A DNA stretch of 64,000 nt from Armatimonadota bacterium. Lineage in GTDB: Bacteria > Armatimonadota > HRBIN16. This document shows positions 10,109 to 20,155 of this stretch, piece after piece. The position numbers were made by a program, and so were the translations under genes. Every line of letters begins with the position of its first letter. The first letter of the stretch is position 1. The notes below the pieces were generated by a model. It was not told the DNA's origin. It saw nothing but the letters and a program-made list of their open reading frames with translations, and did not search any database. Where the stretch lies: contig OY781964.1 of the NCBI GenBank assembly GCA_963677485.1, positions 2,368,001 to 2,432,000 on the forward strand, given 5' to 3'.

Positions 10109-10173
10109 CACATCGCAGGTTATCAGCCACGCTTCCGGATGTTTAGTCACAGGCGGTCATATCGAATCGCCAG

Positions 10174-10596
10174 CTATGATCTTCGCTTACTGAACGTGAG
10201 CATCTGCTGTGCAAAAGCCAGCAGCTCATCTAGCCGATTGGTGATCACATCCTGCACGATCTCAGCCTGAAGGTTCTGGTAGTCGTGAACAGCCACATTA
10301 CGAAATCCGACCATCCGCTTCAACGTCGCTGCTAAACTGGTGCTGATGATATTGTGGTCAGCCATGAGCGTGTAGACATCCCTGGCACTCTGGGGCATTC
10401 CTATCTTCAGATCGCGCACCACACTGTTTGCCAGGTCAAGCGCCGCCTGACAGGCCCGCTGGATGTTCAAAATAGTCGCATCCTGACGTGTGTAGTCGGA
10501 GGCGAAATTCGTGGGGTCCAGGTCATATTCTTCGTGTACTCTTGCGACACATCGCTCAATCACGGCCACCTTATTCAGCACCACATCGTCAACCAT
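10174..10596 (-). CDS. hepT: HepT (DUF86/HEPN) ribonuclease toxin
   Basis: FRNVAVHDY (RX4HXY); ATG 10596 overlaps the antitoxin stop. Confidence 0.88.
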   Translation of the reverse strand: MVDDVVLNKVAVIERCVARVHEEYDLDPTNFASDYTRQDATILNIQRACQAALDLANSVVRDLKIGMPQSARDVYTLMADHNIISTSLAATLKRMVGFRNVAVHDYQNLQAEIVQDVITNRLDELLAFAQQMLTFSKRRS

Positions 10597-10993
10597 AAAC
10601 TTTACCCCGCTTTTCGATGTCTTCCAGGATGCCTTTGTTCCGCTCGTCCAAGTCCCACTTCTCACTGAAGATGAAGCACTCATACAGCTTGGCGCGTACA
10701 TCGCTTTCCCACAGCCGCTCTCCGTAGGCCACAACCTGATGCTGCATCACGGTGGACGCAGCGCGTAGGTCCAGTAAATCTACCTCACAGCCCGCTATCT
10801 CCGCCAGATCGCTGGAGAGATCGAAAAGCAGGATGGGGTCCGCATATCCCTCTACCAGCACGGCAAGGTCGAGGTCACTCTCGGCGTTGGCGGTGCCCGC
10901 GACCTGACTGCCAAAAGCGTATATTGCCATCAGCTTTGGCACCGACTGCCGAAGCTGCTCTACGATGCGATCTATGGGGATGTGAGTGTCCAT
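10589..10993 (-). CDS. mntA: MntA nucleotidyltransferase antitoxin
   Basis: FGS-X10-DLD motif, VDLLDL; directly upstream of the HEPN gene. Confidence 0.88.
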   Translation of the reverse strand: MDTHIPIDRIVEQLRQSVPKLMAIYAFGSQVAGTANAESDLDLAVLVEGYADPILLFDLSSDLAEIAGCEVDLLDLRAASTVMQHQVVAYGERLWESDVRAKLYECFIFSEKWDLDERNKGILEDIEKRGKVYG

Positions 10994-11064
10994 TCTAGAT
11001 GTAGTATACCCGGGAGGTTAGGCATAGGACCGGTATGACGAGCCCCACCACGCGCTAAAGCACA

Positions 11065-11210
11065 TGGCTATTGACCTGCCAAGCCTGATGAAGCAGGCTG
11101 CAGGGCTTCGCCCTGTTTGTCTGCGGCAGATGTATTGTAGCTGCACCCAGACTGCTTCAGCAGGCTTGGCAGGTCAATAGCCGAGACATTTATGTCGCGG
11201 AATCGGAGGC
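11065..11210. repeat. Family C MITE-like element, partial copy
   Basis: GGCTATTGA...TCAATAGCCGAGACATTTATGTCGCGGAATC shared with the 35 kb and 41 kb copies. Confidence 0.75.
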
Positions 11211-11284
11211 TACATATCTGTAATTCATCTGTGGTCATTTGACTGCGCCTATCACCGGCGGGGCACACCAGTTATAATTTAAAC

Positions 11285-12907
11285 ATGAAGCGTCATAAAA
11301 TCCCGCCGGTCGTATGGCTCGCGCTGATCCCCCTGCTGGGGTTGGTCTGGCGCGCTTTGCTGGTGGGATGGGGGCTGCCCTCAGGCGACCGATTTGCCTC
11401 TTTCCACCCCGATGAGCCGGTGATGCTGGCGTCAATCCTGAAACTGAACATCGCCAAGGGGCAGTTCGATACCGGCTTCTACAACTACGGCACTCTAAGC
11501 CTTTACATCATGAACCTGGCCGTGATGATGGGTGAGGTCTACGGCTGGATCCATTCGGCAACCACGCGAATGGACTGGGCAGGCCTCTACCTGGCCGGGC
11601 GGTGGGTGAGCCTGCTGGCGAATATCGGCACCTGCTGCGTGGTGATGGCCATGGCCTACCGTCTGCGCGGGCTGTGGACCGCCGCCGTGAGTGGGCTGCT
11701 GGCGATTGGCTGCCTCTCGATGCTGGTGAACAGCATCTATCTGACGGTGGACAGCACCGCCACCCTGTTTGTGAGCTTGAGCCTGTGGATGAGCCTGCTC
11801 TATTATCGTGAGGCGACATGGAAGCATCTGCTGCTGGCAGCCCTCTTTTGCGGAATGGCGACCGCCACGCGGTATAACAGCGCACTGACCATCGTACCGC
11901 TGGCATTGGCTGTGTCCTATCATCCTGCATCTTCACATCACCTGAAACTGAAGCAGTTTTCCGCAGCGGTCGTGCTGGCGGGATGTAGTTTTTTGCTCTT
12001 CTGCCCAGGACCGATCATCAACCCGACCGCGTTTTGGCGCGACCTTGGGTTTGAGAGCCAGCATGTGCGCGCGGGGCACGGCCTGCTGTTTGAGGGTAAT
12101 GGGCCAGGTTGGTTTCGGCATCTGGTGAACCTCAGCTGGTGCGTGGGGCTGTTAGCTATGCTGGCCGGTGTGGCTGCCATCTGGGGGGCCTTCCGGCGGT
12201 TCCGCACCGATCGGGCAGATGGTCTGTGGCTGTTGGCTGGCTGGTGTGTGCTGCTGTTTGGGTTTCAAAGCCTGTTTGCGGTGCGGTTCAGCCGTTACCT
12301 GATGCCGCTGGTACCCGCGTTGTGTGTGCTGGTGGCGTGTGAGGTGTGGCAGTTGCGTGACTGGCGCAAAAATGCGCATCTGGCGGCTGCCGCGCTGGTG
12401 CTGCTAGGGGCGTGGATACCCTCACTGCTGTATAGCTGCGCGCTGCGGCAGCCCGACGCCCGCATGCAGGTGATGCAGTGGATGGACATCAACCTGCCGA
12501 GTGGAGCCACTGTGGGTTTTGGAACGACGCCGTGGTTTTACTCACCCCCGTTGATGGCGGATTTTGGGGCCATCGAGCCCATCCGCAGACGCGAGGCCTG
12601 TGCGGGTATCAGCCGCTGGCGTATTATCTGCGCGGAAGACGAATGGCAGCCAATGATCTTGGACCAGAGCCAGGTGATCGTCGTGAGTGACTTCGAGTAT
12701 GCCGATGCGCTGCGGTTAAAAAAGCCGGAGGCGGTGGATTTCTTCGCGCGCCTGCACAGCGACTTCAACCTGGACGCGGTGTATGATTACCGCGGAGTGC
12801 TGCTTCAGGCACTGCCGCACGACATGCTTTATCCGGTGCCCCACCTGGAGGTATGGCACCGCATCGGTGTTGAGACCAAACCTGATGGAATGAATACAAA
12901 GGACTAG
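11285..12907 (+). CDS. ArnT/PMT-like (GT39/GT83) membrane glycosyltransferase
   Basis: FHPDE motif after first TM segment; polytopic; ATRY and RYLMPLVP motifs. Confidence 0.8.
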   Translation: MKRHKIPPVVWLALIPLLGLVWRALLVGWGLPSGDRFASFHPDEPVMLASILKLNIAKGQFDTGFYNYGTLSLYIMNLAVMMGEVYGWIHSATTRMDWAGLYLAGRWVSLLANIGTCCVVMAMAYRLRGLWTAAVSGLLAIGCLSMLVNSIYLTVDSTATLFVSLSLWMSLLYYREATWKHLLLAALFCGMATATRYNSALTIVPLALAVSYHPASSHHLKLKQFSAAVVLAGCSFLLFCPGPIINPTAFWRDLGFESQHVRAGHGLLFEGNGPGWFRHLVNLSWCVGLLAMLAGVAAIWGAFRRFRTDRADGLWLLAGWCVLLFGFQSLFAVRFSRYLMPLVPALCVLVACEVWQLRDWRKNAHLAAAALVLLGAWIPSLLYSCALRQPDARMQVMQWMDINLPSGATVGFGTTPWFYSPPLMADFGAIEPIRRREACAGISRWRIICAEDEWQPMILDQSQVIVVSDFEYADALRLKKPEAVDFFARLHSDFNLDAVYDYRGVLLQALPHDMLYPVPHLEVWHRIGVETKPDGMNTKD

Positions 12908-12915
12908 ATATATAG

Positions 12916-13722
12916 ATGAAACAACTCCCTTTCGACCTGATAGCGGTAGACCTGGACGGCACGATTGTGGACCTCAACAACGAGTGCCCGCAAGAGGAGA
13001 CCGAGACGATCCGTGAAATCCAAAAGATGGGTGTCAAGGTGGTCATCGCCACCGGCCGTATGTATGCCTGCAGCACCAAGTTCTGGCACAGCATCGGCCT
13101 CAACGCACCGATCTTGTGCTATAACGGCGCGATGATCAAACACCCAGCAAACAACTTCGAGTGGTTCCACCTGCCCATGCAGGCTAATAAGGCCGCTGAG
13201 GTGATGGAGTTCTGCGAAGAGCACCACCTGCACCTAAATGTGTATCTTGATGACAAGCTGTTGATCCACAAGCAGACCAAGTGGGGTGACCTGTATTGCA
13301 AACAGACCGGCAGCACCTTCACGGAAGTGGGTGATGTGCGGCAGTTTAAGGGCAAATCGCCCACGAAACTGATTATCGTCGACACCACCGAATACACCAA
13401 TGAGCTGCTGGTGGAGTTCAAGCACCGGTTTGGCGCCACAGTGAATGTCACCAAAAGCAACGAGGAATATCTGGAGTTCATGCACCCCGCCGCCAACAAG
13501 GCCAAAACGCTGGGACGGCTGGCACACCGCATCGGAACCACGCGCGAGCGAACCCTGGCACTGGGTGACGGCCTGAACGACATGCAGATGCTGAAGTGGG
13601 CAGGAACCTCTGTGGCCATGGGCCAGAGCCGTGATGAGTTGAAAGCACGCTGTGACATCATCGCACCAGATTTCAATGACCACGGAGCCGCCAAAGTGCT
13701 ACAACAGATATTTGGTCTGTAA
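12916..13722 (+). CDS. Cof-type HAD-IIB hydrolase
   Basis: DLDGT, ATGR, GDGLND. Confidence 0.92.
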   Translation: MKQLPFDLIAVDLDGTIVDLNNECPQEETETIREIQKMGVKVVIATGRMYACSTKFWHSIGLNAPILCYNGAMIKHPANNFEWFHLPMQANKAAEVMEFCEEHHLHLNVYLDDKLLIHKQTKWGDLYCKQTGSTFTEVGDVRQFKGKSPTKLIIVDTTEYTNELLVEFKHRFGATVNVTKSNEEYLEFMHPAANKAKTLGRLAHRIGTTRERTLALGDGLNDMQMLKWAGTSVAMGQSRDELKARCDIIAPDFNDHGAAKVLQQIFGL

Positions 13723-13726
13723 ACAT

Positions 13727-14896
13727 ATGAAAAAGATCATCACAAAACTGAAGGATCCGAGCAATCGCGACTGGATCCTGTTCAGTGCGATGACCTTCTG
13801 TTTCATGTTCGGATTCAGTAGCTATACCGGGATTTTTCAGAACTTTTTCAATACGAACATGCACGGTCAGCCCCAGCAATTGGGCATATTGGAGACCTTC
13901 CGTGAAATCCCTGGATTGCTGGCGGCACCGATCGCTGCCACGCTTGCCTTTCTGCATGCTCCTGTGCTGGCTGGGCTGACCTTACTGGGCAGCGGGATCG
14001 GCATATTGGCGACCGGCCATGTGAATGCGTTTTGGCAGCTTGTGCTGGTCAGCATCGGCTGGTCGGTGCCTATGCACCTGTGGTTTACCATATCGCCAGC
14101 GATTGTCATGAACCTGGCTCAAGGTAAAAATGGCGGCAAGCATCTGGGACGCAATAGCGGAATAGGCGCCGCCGCAGTCTTGAGCGCGCTGCTTCTCAGC
14201 CGCGTACTCAAACCTCATGTGACATATCAGTTCATGTTCACGCTGGCAGGTGTGATGATATCATCTGCTGGTCTGTTGGGTTTGCTACTCAGCAACAAGG
14301 CGGGTGTGGCCACCAAACCCAGGTTGTTCCTGCGGAAGCAGTATTGGCTATACTACGTTTTAAACTTCCTTGAGGGAAGCCGAAGGCAGACGTTTGGCGT
14401 ATTCAGCACCTTTGTGCTCATCAAGGTCTACCATATGACCGTAGAGAATATGCTGTTGTTGCTGCTGGTGAACAGTGCCATCACCATGTCATTTGCGCCC
14501 ATAGTGGGCCGGATTATCGATCGAATCGGCGAGAAACGTGTGTTGACCATCTATTACATACTCGGGGCGATCGTGTTCGCAGCATACGGATCAATCGGCA
14601 GCCGAGAGGTGCTGATCGGTCTATTCGTGCTGGATAACCTGCTGATGACGCACAGCATGGGCATCACCACATACATCACCAAAATTGCTGCGCCCAGTGA
14701 GCTGCGGCCGTCGCTGGCGATGGGGGTGAGCGTGAACCACATCAGCGCGGTCACCGTGCCGCTGATTGGCGGCTGGCTGTGGGCGCACTACAACAACTAC
14801 AGCATCCCGTTCTGGGTGGGCAGTTTTCTGGCCATTGTATCCCTCTATTTCGTGCAGCGTTTGCCGAGGGGTCTTGAGGCCGTCCGCTGCGAATAG
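13727..14896 (+). CDS. MFS transporter
   Basis: About 12 TM segments; GRIIDRIGEK motif A. Confidence 0.88.
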   Translation: MKKIITKLKDPSNRDWILFSAMTFCFMFGFSSYTGIFQNFFNTNMHGQPQQLGILETFREIPGLLAAPIAATLAFLHAPVLAGLTLLGSGIGILATGHVNAFWQLVLVSIGWSVPMHLWFTISPAIVMNLAQGKNGGKHLGRNSGIGAAAVLSALLLSRVLKPHVTYQFMFTLAGVMISSAGLLGLLLSNKAGVATKPRLFLRKQYWLYYVLNFLEGSRRQTFGVFSTFVLIKVYHMTVENMLLLLLVNSAITMSFAPIVGRIIDRIGEKRVLTIYYILGAIVFAAYGSIGSREVLIGLFVLDNLLMTHSMGITTYITKIAAPSELRPSLAMGVSVNHISAVTVPLIGGWLWAHYNNYSIPFWVGSFLAIVSLYFVQRLPRGLEAVRCE

Positions 14897-15039
14897 TTAT
14901 CCACAGATTTCGCAGATGGGAGATCGGGAGTGTCACGCGGAGACGCGGAGACGCGTACTAGGGGCGGTACCCTGTGTTTAATTTGGGAATGCCTTAACCG
15001 CGGATGAACGCAGATGGACACGGATGGGGAGGGCACCAT

Positions 15040-15203
15040 ACCGCGTGGCTGACTATTCGCATTCCGCAAGCGGGAGCAGGGGGCGTCCGGGAGGCGTCCG
15101 CTTCAGCGGACAGCCAACTGATTAGCGATGGGTGACAAGGCCTGCTTTAGCAGGTTGATGGAACCCGTCGCCGATGGCTGGGTAGTTACAAGGCTAACAG
15201 CCC
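15040..15203. repeat. Structured element, copy 2 (5' truncated)
   Basis: ACCGCGTGGCTGA...GTCCGCTTCAGCGGAC...GCGATGGGT...AACCCGTCGC...GGCTAACAGCCC. Confidence 0.65.
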
Positions 15204-15303
15204 TTCATCCAATCCGGTTAACCCTTATTGCGTATCAAGGATTCCCGCAGCCCGTTGGTGAATGTAGTACAAATCACGCCACCAAATCAGGGGGGTATCC
15301 AAC

Positions 15304-17973
15304 ATGCACAAATTCGTTCTCGTCGCCGCTCTGCTCGCGGCACAAATAACCGCCTTTGCTGCTCCAGATAACAGCGTCTTTTTCGACTTCAAAAAGCCCG
15401 AGGTTGTGGCCGAGTGGAAAGCCGCAAATGACATCTCGAAACTCACCCACACCCCGCAAGGGATGCTCGTGGTGCCGAGTGGTGCAGATCCGTATCTCCG
15501 AGGACCGATGCGGAAATACCCAGTCGGCTGGTCGGTACGCGCCACCGTGCGCCTCAACACGCCTATCGGCGGAAGCACGGAGCTGTTCTGGTTCACCCCC
15601 ACTAAAGGCACAGACGCCGCCAACATGGTGCAGATCAACACCTCGGCAGGCAAGGGAATTGAAGCCAGTGCCTGGATCACTTCTTTACCAGCCATCACCG
15701 GTATCCGTATCGATCCGCCCTGCAATAAGCCCGTCACCATAGAGTGGCTGCGGTTAACACCCATGGCTCCACTGCCCAAACTCACCTTGAAACCCTCAAA
15801 CTGGGCCAACTGGAATGTGGAAAAAAGTCTGACCAGCGGAGCTCTGAAGATGGAGATGGGCCAGCCAGCCCTTGGTAACTACAAGCTGAACTACCGCGGG
15901 AAAATGGTCGCTCAGGGATGGAACCGCCCGGCGATCAGTTGGGTGGACAAGAGCGGTGCTAACCGTCTGCTGAACATCGGCAGCAAGGCCACCATCAGCA
16001 GCTCTGCATCTGCCATCAAACTGACCAGCAAGACCACCGATCTCGAAGGTGCCACCTGGACCTATGTGCAGACATTCGCGACCGTGACTGGCCGTAGTGA
16101 ACTACTGAAGGTCAGCACCACGGTGAGCGTAAACCGCGACCGCAAGGTTCGGATGCTGCCTGCGATGGTGTTCTTCAGCCCCAAACGGGAGCGGGCACTC
16201 TTCCCCGGCCTGGAGTATCTTGATCCGAAGGATACCAGCAGCAGCAAAGCGGACATCGAAAGCCCTGGCTATCAGCGGCTGACGCCCGACCCGCTGCGTG
16301 TGACGGTACCGGTGATGGTGATGCAGGCCGACAACAAGTATGTGGCTATGGCGTATCAACCAAGCCCGAATACCCAACCGGTGTTTGACAGTCCCGACCG
16401 GCAGTTTGGATCTATAACCCACGTGATGGGGCTGCTGGTCAGCAACTTCATTAAAACGGAGCGTGATTCTGGACAACTGCTCAGCCGAATGCCGGATGAG
16501 ATCAAGGCCAACAAGCCCATCACCATCACGGCCTGGATGATGGCCGGTGACTCACCCGATGTGCTGACCGCCGTGCAGCGTTGGGTGCAGATCAATGGCT
16601 TGCCGAAAATACCCAACAGCGGATTCGACGTGAAGTCCTACTCGCGGTTGACCGCGCATTCCTGGCTGGACACCGATATCCGTGACGGCTTGAAATACAG
16701 ACACGCCACTTGGCCTGGCATGATTTGGCCAGCGAATAACGCCGTTGATGGCCCCATGATGCAGCTCTGGTTGGCCGACCAGGTGCAGGATGCCTACCTG
16801 GCAGACCGGTTGCGCAAGAACACAAAAGAGACAATGCAGCAGATCGCACCGGCTGACTACTGGTTCGCATCGGTGGGGCACATCCGAACCTATGCGGAGA
16901 CGCTGGTATTTGGTGACATCCCCCAAAACCAGGCCAAAGTTCATCAGGTGGGGCTGGATGCCATCAAGACTTTCGAGCCCAACGGCACATTAATATATAG
17001 GAAACCCGCTGGCAAAGACGATCTAGCACGCACCCAATGGGAGCGTCACGCCAACGGCTTCGCCAGCCGACCGATCCAATATCTCTACACGCAGGCAATG
17101 TACACCGGTGACCGCAAGATGCTGGCCGAAGCGGTTCGATTGACCGACGCCCTCGACCGCTATGACTACTCCGCTCCGCGCGGTGCACAGACCTGGGAGA
17201 TGCCTCTGCATTGCCCGGACATCATGGGCAGCGCGCAAATGGTGGAGTGCTATCTGAGTGCCTATAAAGTCACTGCCGACAAGAAGTATCTCGAAAGGGC
17301 CATCCGATGGGCATGGAGCGGCGTGCCATTCCTCTACCTCATACCCCCCACCGACAAACCCATCGGGCTGTACGCCAGCGTGGGCGTCTGGGGTGCCACG
17401 CAGTGGATATCACCCGACTGGATGGGTCGGCCAGTGCAATGGTGCGGCATGATGTATGCCGAAGCCATGCGTAAACTGGCTCAGGTTGACCCCAAGGGAC
17501 CCTGGGATCAGATATGGCGCGGTGTGACCACCAGTGCCATCCAGCAGGGCATCACGCCCGAATATGATCCCAAACTGCAGGGGCTGTTCCCCGATTCCGT
17601 GGATCTGAGAATGCAGACACCGTTCCCCGTGGCCATCAACCCGGGCACGGTTCAGAGCCAAGCCGCACCCATGTATACCGGAGTGCCATTGGGCGACAAT
17701 GTCTACATCCGCGAGCGGAGCTGGTCAGTGTTCGCACCCGGCAAAATCAACAAGCCGCGCGTCTCACCTGACTCCATCACCATCCAAGTCGACCTTTGGC
17801 ATGAAGGCACCGTGCTGGTGACGAGTGTCAACAAAGCGGTCACGGTGTTACTTGATGGCAATCTTGTGGAAGGTTCCTACAATCGCTCCAAAAACTATGC
17901 TGGTGATACCGGCAACTGTCTGATCCCTGTCGGCAAAGGGCAGCACACCATAGAACTCTCAGGAGGCCGGTAG
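15304..17973 (+). CDS. Large secreted hypothetical protein, likely carbohydrate-active, helical C-terminal region
   Basis: 889 aa; signal peptide; RGAQTWEMPLHCPDIM and WMGRPVQWCG blocks; first gene of a five-gene operon. Confidence 0.6.
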   Translation: MHKFVLVAALLAAQITAFAAPDNSVFFDFKKPEVVAEWKAANDISKLTHTPQGMLVVPSGADPYLRGPMRKYPVGWSVRATVRLNTPIGGSTELFWFTPTKGTDAANMVQINTSAGKGIEASAWITSLPAITGIRIDPPCNKPVTIEWLRLTPMAPLPKLTLKPSNWANWNVEKSLTSGALKMEMGQPALGNYKLNYRGKMVAQGWNRPAISWVDKSGANRLLNIGSKATISSSASAIKLTSKTTDLEGATWTYVQTFATVTGRSELLKVSTTVSVNRDRKVRMLPAMVFFSPKRERALFPGLEYLDPKDTSSSKADIESPGYQRLTPDPLRVTVPVMVMQADNKYVAMAYQPSPNTQPVFDSPDRQFGSITHVMGLLVSNFIKTERDSGQLLSRMPDEIKANKPITITAWMMAGDSPDVLTAVQRWVQINGLPKIPNSGFDVKSYSRLTAHSWLDTDIRDGLKYRHATWPGMIWPANNAVDGPMMQLWLADQVQDAYLADRLRKNTKETMQQIAPADYWFASVGHIRTYAETLVFGDIPQNQAKVHQVGLDAIKTFEPNGTLIYRKPAGKDDLARTQWERHANGFASRPIQYLYTQAMYTGDRKMLAEAVRLTDALDRYDYSAPRGAQTWEMPLHCPDIMGSAQMVECYLSAYKVTADKKYLERAIRWAWSGVPFLYLIPPTDKPIGLYASVGVWGATQWISPDWMGRPVQWCGMMYAEAMRKLAQVDPKGPWDQIWRGVTTSAIQQGITPEYDPKLQGLFPDSVDLRMQTPFPVAINPGTVQSQAAPMYTGVPLGDNVYIRERSWSVFAPGKINKPRVSPDSITIQVDLWHEGTVLVTSVNKAVTVLLDGNLVEGSYNRSKNYAGDTGNCLIPVGKGQHTIELSGGR

Positions 17974-17977
17974 GCAT

Positions 17978-20155
17978 ATGAGCCTACTACGACAAGTGGT
18001 CCTTGCCGCCTGCATTTCATTAAGCAGCTGGCAAGCTGTCTCGGCAGCCCCTGTGAAGATCAGCATCGCGGTTGATAAAGCGACCATCGGCATGGGGCAG
18101 TGCGTGCAGCTCACTGCCTCAGCGAAGACCGCGGATTGCAAACCCGCCGTCGGCTGGACTCTGCTGCCCTACGTCAACGGCCAGCGATGGGGCGCGCACG
18201 AGATCGCCGATGCGAAGGGCAAAGCCGCCTTCCAGATCCCGCTGCCGAGAGTCGGCATCCAGCAGATCACGGTAGGTGCGGTGCAGCAGCTTGACGACAC
18301 CGCGCACTGGATATGGGCGCAGCGTTCGGTAGAAAACCAGATCATCAGCGCGTCGCGCAGCTATGAGCTACCCTGGCAGCCCACCAAAGCGGTGCTCTGG
18401 GCCGCCGCCGACAATCAGGCCACCATGACGATCAACGGTAAACCCGCCGGAATTTTCACGGGCTGGACTGATGCTAAGGCCACAACGCTTGATCCGAAGC
18501 TGTTCCAAACGGGCTCCAACAAGTTCGAAGCTCGGGTGGAGAACTCCAACGGCCCAGGCGGCTTCATCATGCGACTGGAGCTGAGCAACGGACAGAAGCT
18601 GCTGACGCTGGTCACCGACGGTAGTTGGATGTACACCGAGGGTAGTTCATACCCCGCCGCGGTCAAAGACCTAGGCGCGGCTCATTCCGCCATCTGGACC
18701 ATGCCGGGGTGGCCCAACGCCAACCTCAGGCAGCAGCTCTACACTGCCGCCGTGTGCCCGAAGGAGATGCCCCTTAGCAACATGGTGGCCGTTCAAGTCG
18801 ACCGACGGAAGCTGCAGGCACCGCCTAAGGATCCCGACCACCTGGTCATCATGCAGTGGGAAAACTGGTATGGCCCCACCATGTATAACTGGCAAACATC
18901 GCACGCGGTGCCCTTGATGGGCTTCTATCAAACCGCAGACGAGAACGTGCTGCGCCAGCAGATTATCTGGATGATCGAGGCCGGCACGGATATCATCCAG
19001 TGCGACATGAGCAACAACATCTGGGACGCTAAAACCTGGGATGAGCGCAGCGGAATGTCCGACAACCTCATCTTTGTGAACGGCCTGATGATGGAGACCC
19101 TGGCAAAGATGCGTGAGGAAGGCATCGATGTGCCGAAATTTATCGCCCTTTCCGGCGTGAACAACACCCCGAACGCCTTGACGGTCATCAATGGCCAGCT
19201 CAACCACCTGTATCAAAGCTATATCAATAACAGCCGTTTCAGCGATCTCTGGTACCGCTACGAGGGCAAGCCGCTGATAGTGATTCTAGACCCGCCCAGC
19301 TTTCTGAAAGACAAACTCGACAAGACCGATCAGCGTTGGACAATCCGGCCATGCAACGTGCATATGGAGAAGTTCAGTTGGCAGCGAGACATCGGCTACT
19401 GGAGCTGGATGGACACCGACGCCACCCTGATCCGAAACAGCAAGGGCGAAGCGGAACAGATCACTGCCTCCATCGGTTGCTTCACCGAAAAGGGCTGGAA
19501 GGATCCGCTCACCCGCGGACGACGCGGCGGAGCCACGCTGGTTGAGGACTGGGCTCTGGTGATGAAGGAGCGTCCGCGCTTTGTGAACATCCACCAGTTC
19601 CAGGAGTTTGCCGGGCAGATAGAGGGCGAGGGCTCCGGTGGCAATCCCGAGATGTATGTCGATAGCTACAGCGTAGATCTGAGCGATGACCTTGAGCCTG
19701 CATCGCTGACCGCACCTGGGTATCGGGGCAACGGCGGCTGGGGTTACTTCTACTTGAACCTTAATAAAGCGCTGGTCGACCTGTATAGGCAGAAGACCCC
19801 GCAAACCACTGTGATGGTCATCGCCAAACCCGACCGTCGCCACGAAGTTTCCGGTAACAGCATGGAGCTTCAGTGGCGCAGCGTCGGCAAGCCAATCGCC
19901 AAAGGAGTGACGGTCGCCATTGACGGTAAAGTGGTCGTAACTGGCCTCAAGCAGCAGAACGGCCCACTGGATATCAGCAAGCTGAGCGCAGGACTGCACA
20001 CCCTCACGCTCACTGCGCCTGGGACGAGACAGCGGCACCGACTGTCCTGGACTGACGACAGCCTGCCACTGCAGAAGCTGGAACCATCGACCGTGACCAT
20101 GGAGTTCATCAAATCAGCCGCCGCACCTAAGGAGAAAGCGCCTAATGCTCGCTAA
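17978..20155 (+). CDS. Secreted GH99/GH71-like protein, paralog 1
   Basis: Signal peptide; beta-rich N-terminal modules; PLMGFY..DENVLRQQIIWMIEAGTD, YEGKP, HQFQEF..DDLEP. Confidence 0.6.
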   Translation: MSLLRQVVLAACISLSSWQAVSAAPVKISIAVDKATIGMGQCVQLTASAKTADCKPAVGWTLLPYVNGQRWGAHEIADAKGKAAFQIPLPRVGIQQITVGAVQQLDDTAHWIWAQRSVENQIISASRSYELPWQPTKAVLWAAADNQATMTINGKPAGIFTGWTDAKATTLDPKLFQTGSNKFEARVENSNGPGGFIMRLELSNGQKLLTLVTDGSWMYTEGSSYPAAVKDLGAAHSAIWTMPGWPNANLRQQLYTAAVCPKEMPLSNMVAVQVDRRKLQAPPKDPDHLVIMQWENWYGPTMYNWQTSHAVPLMGFYQTADENVLRQQIIWMIEAGTDIIQCDMSNNIWDAKTWDERSGMSDNLIFVNGLMMETLAKMREEGIDVPKFIALSGVNNTPNALTVINGQLNHLYQSYINNSRFSDLWYRYEGKPLIVILDPPSFLKDKLDKTDQRWTIRPCNVHMEKFSWQRDIGYWSWMDTDATLIRNSKGEAEQITASIGCFTEKGWKDPLTRGRRGGATLVEDWALVMKERPRFVNIHQFQEFAGQIEGEGSGGNPEMYVDSYSVDLSDDLEPASLTAPGYRGNGGWGYFYLNLNKALVDLYRQKTPQTTVMVIAKPDRRHEVSGNSMELQWRSVGKPIAKGVTVAIDGKVVVTGLKQQNGPLDISKLSAGLHTLTLTAPGTRQRHRLSWTDDSLPLQKLEPSTVTMEFIKSAAAPKEKAPNAR

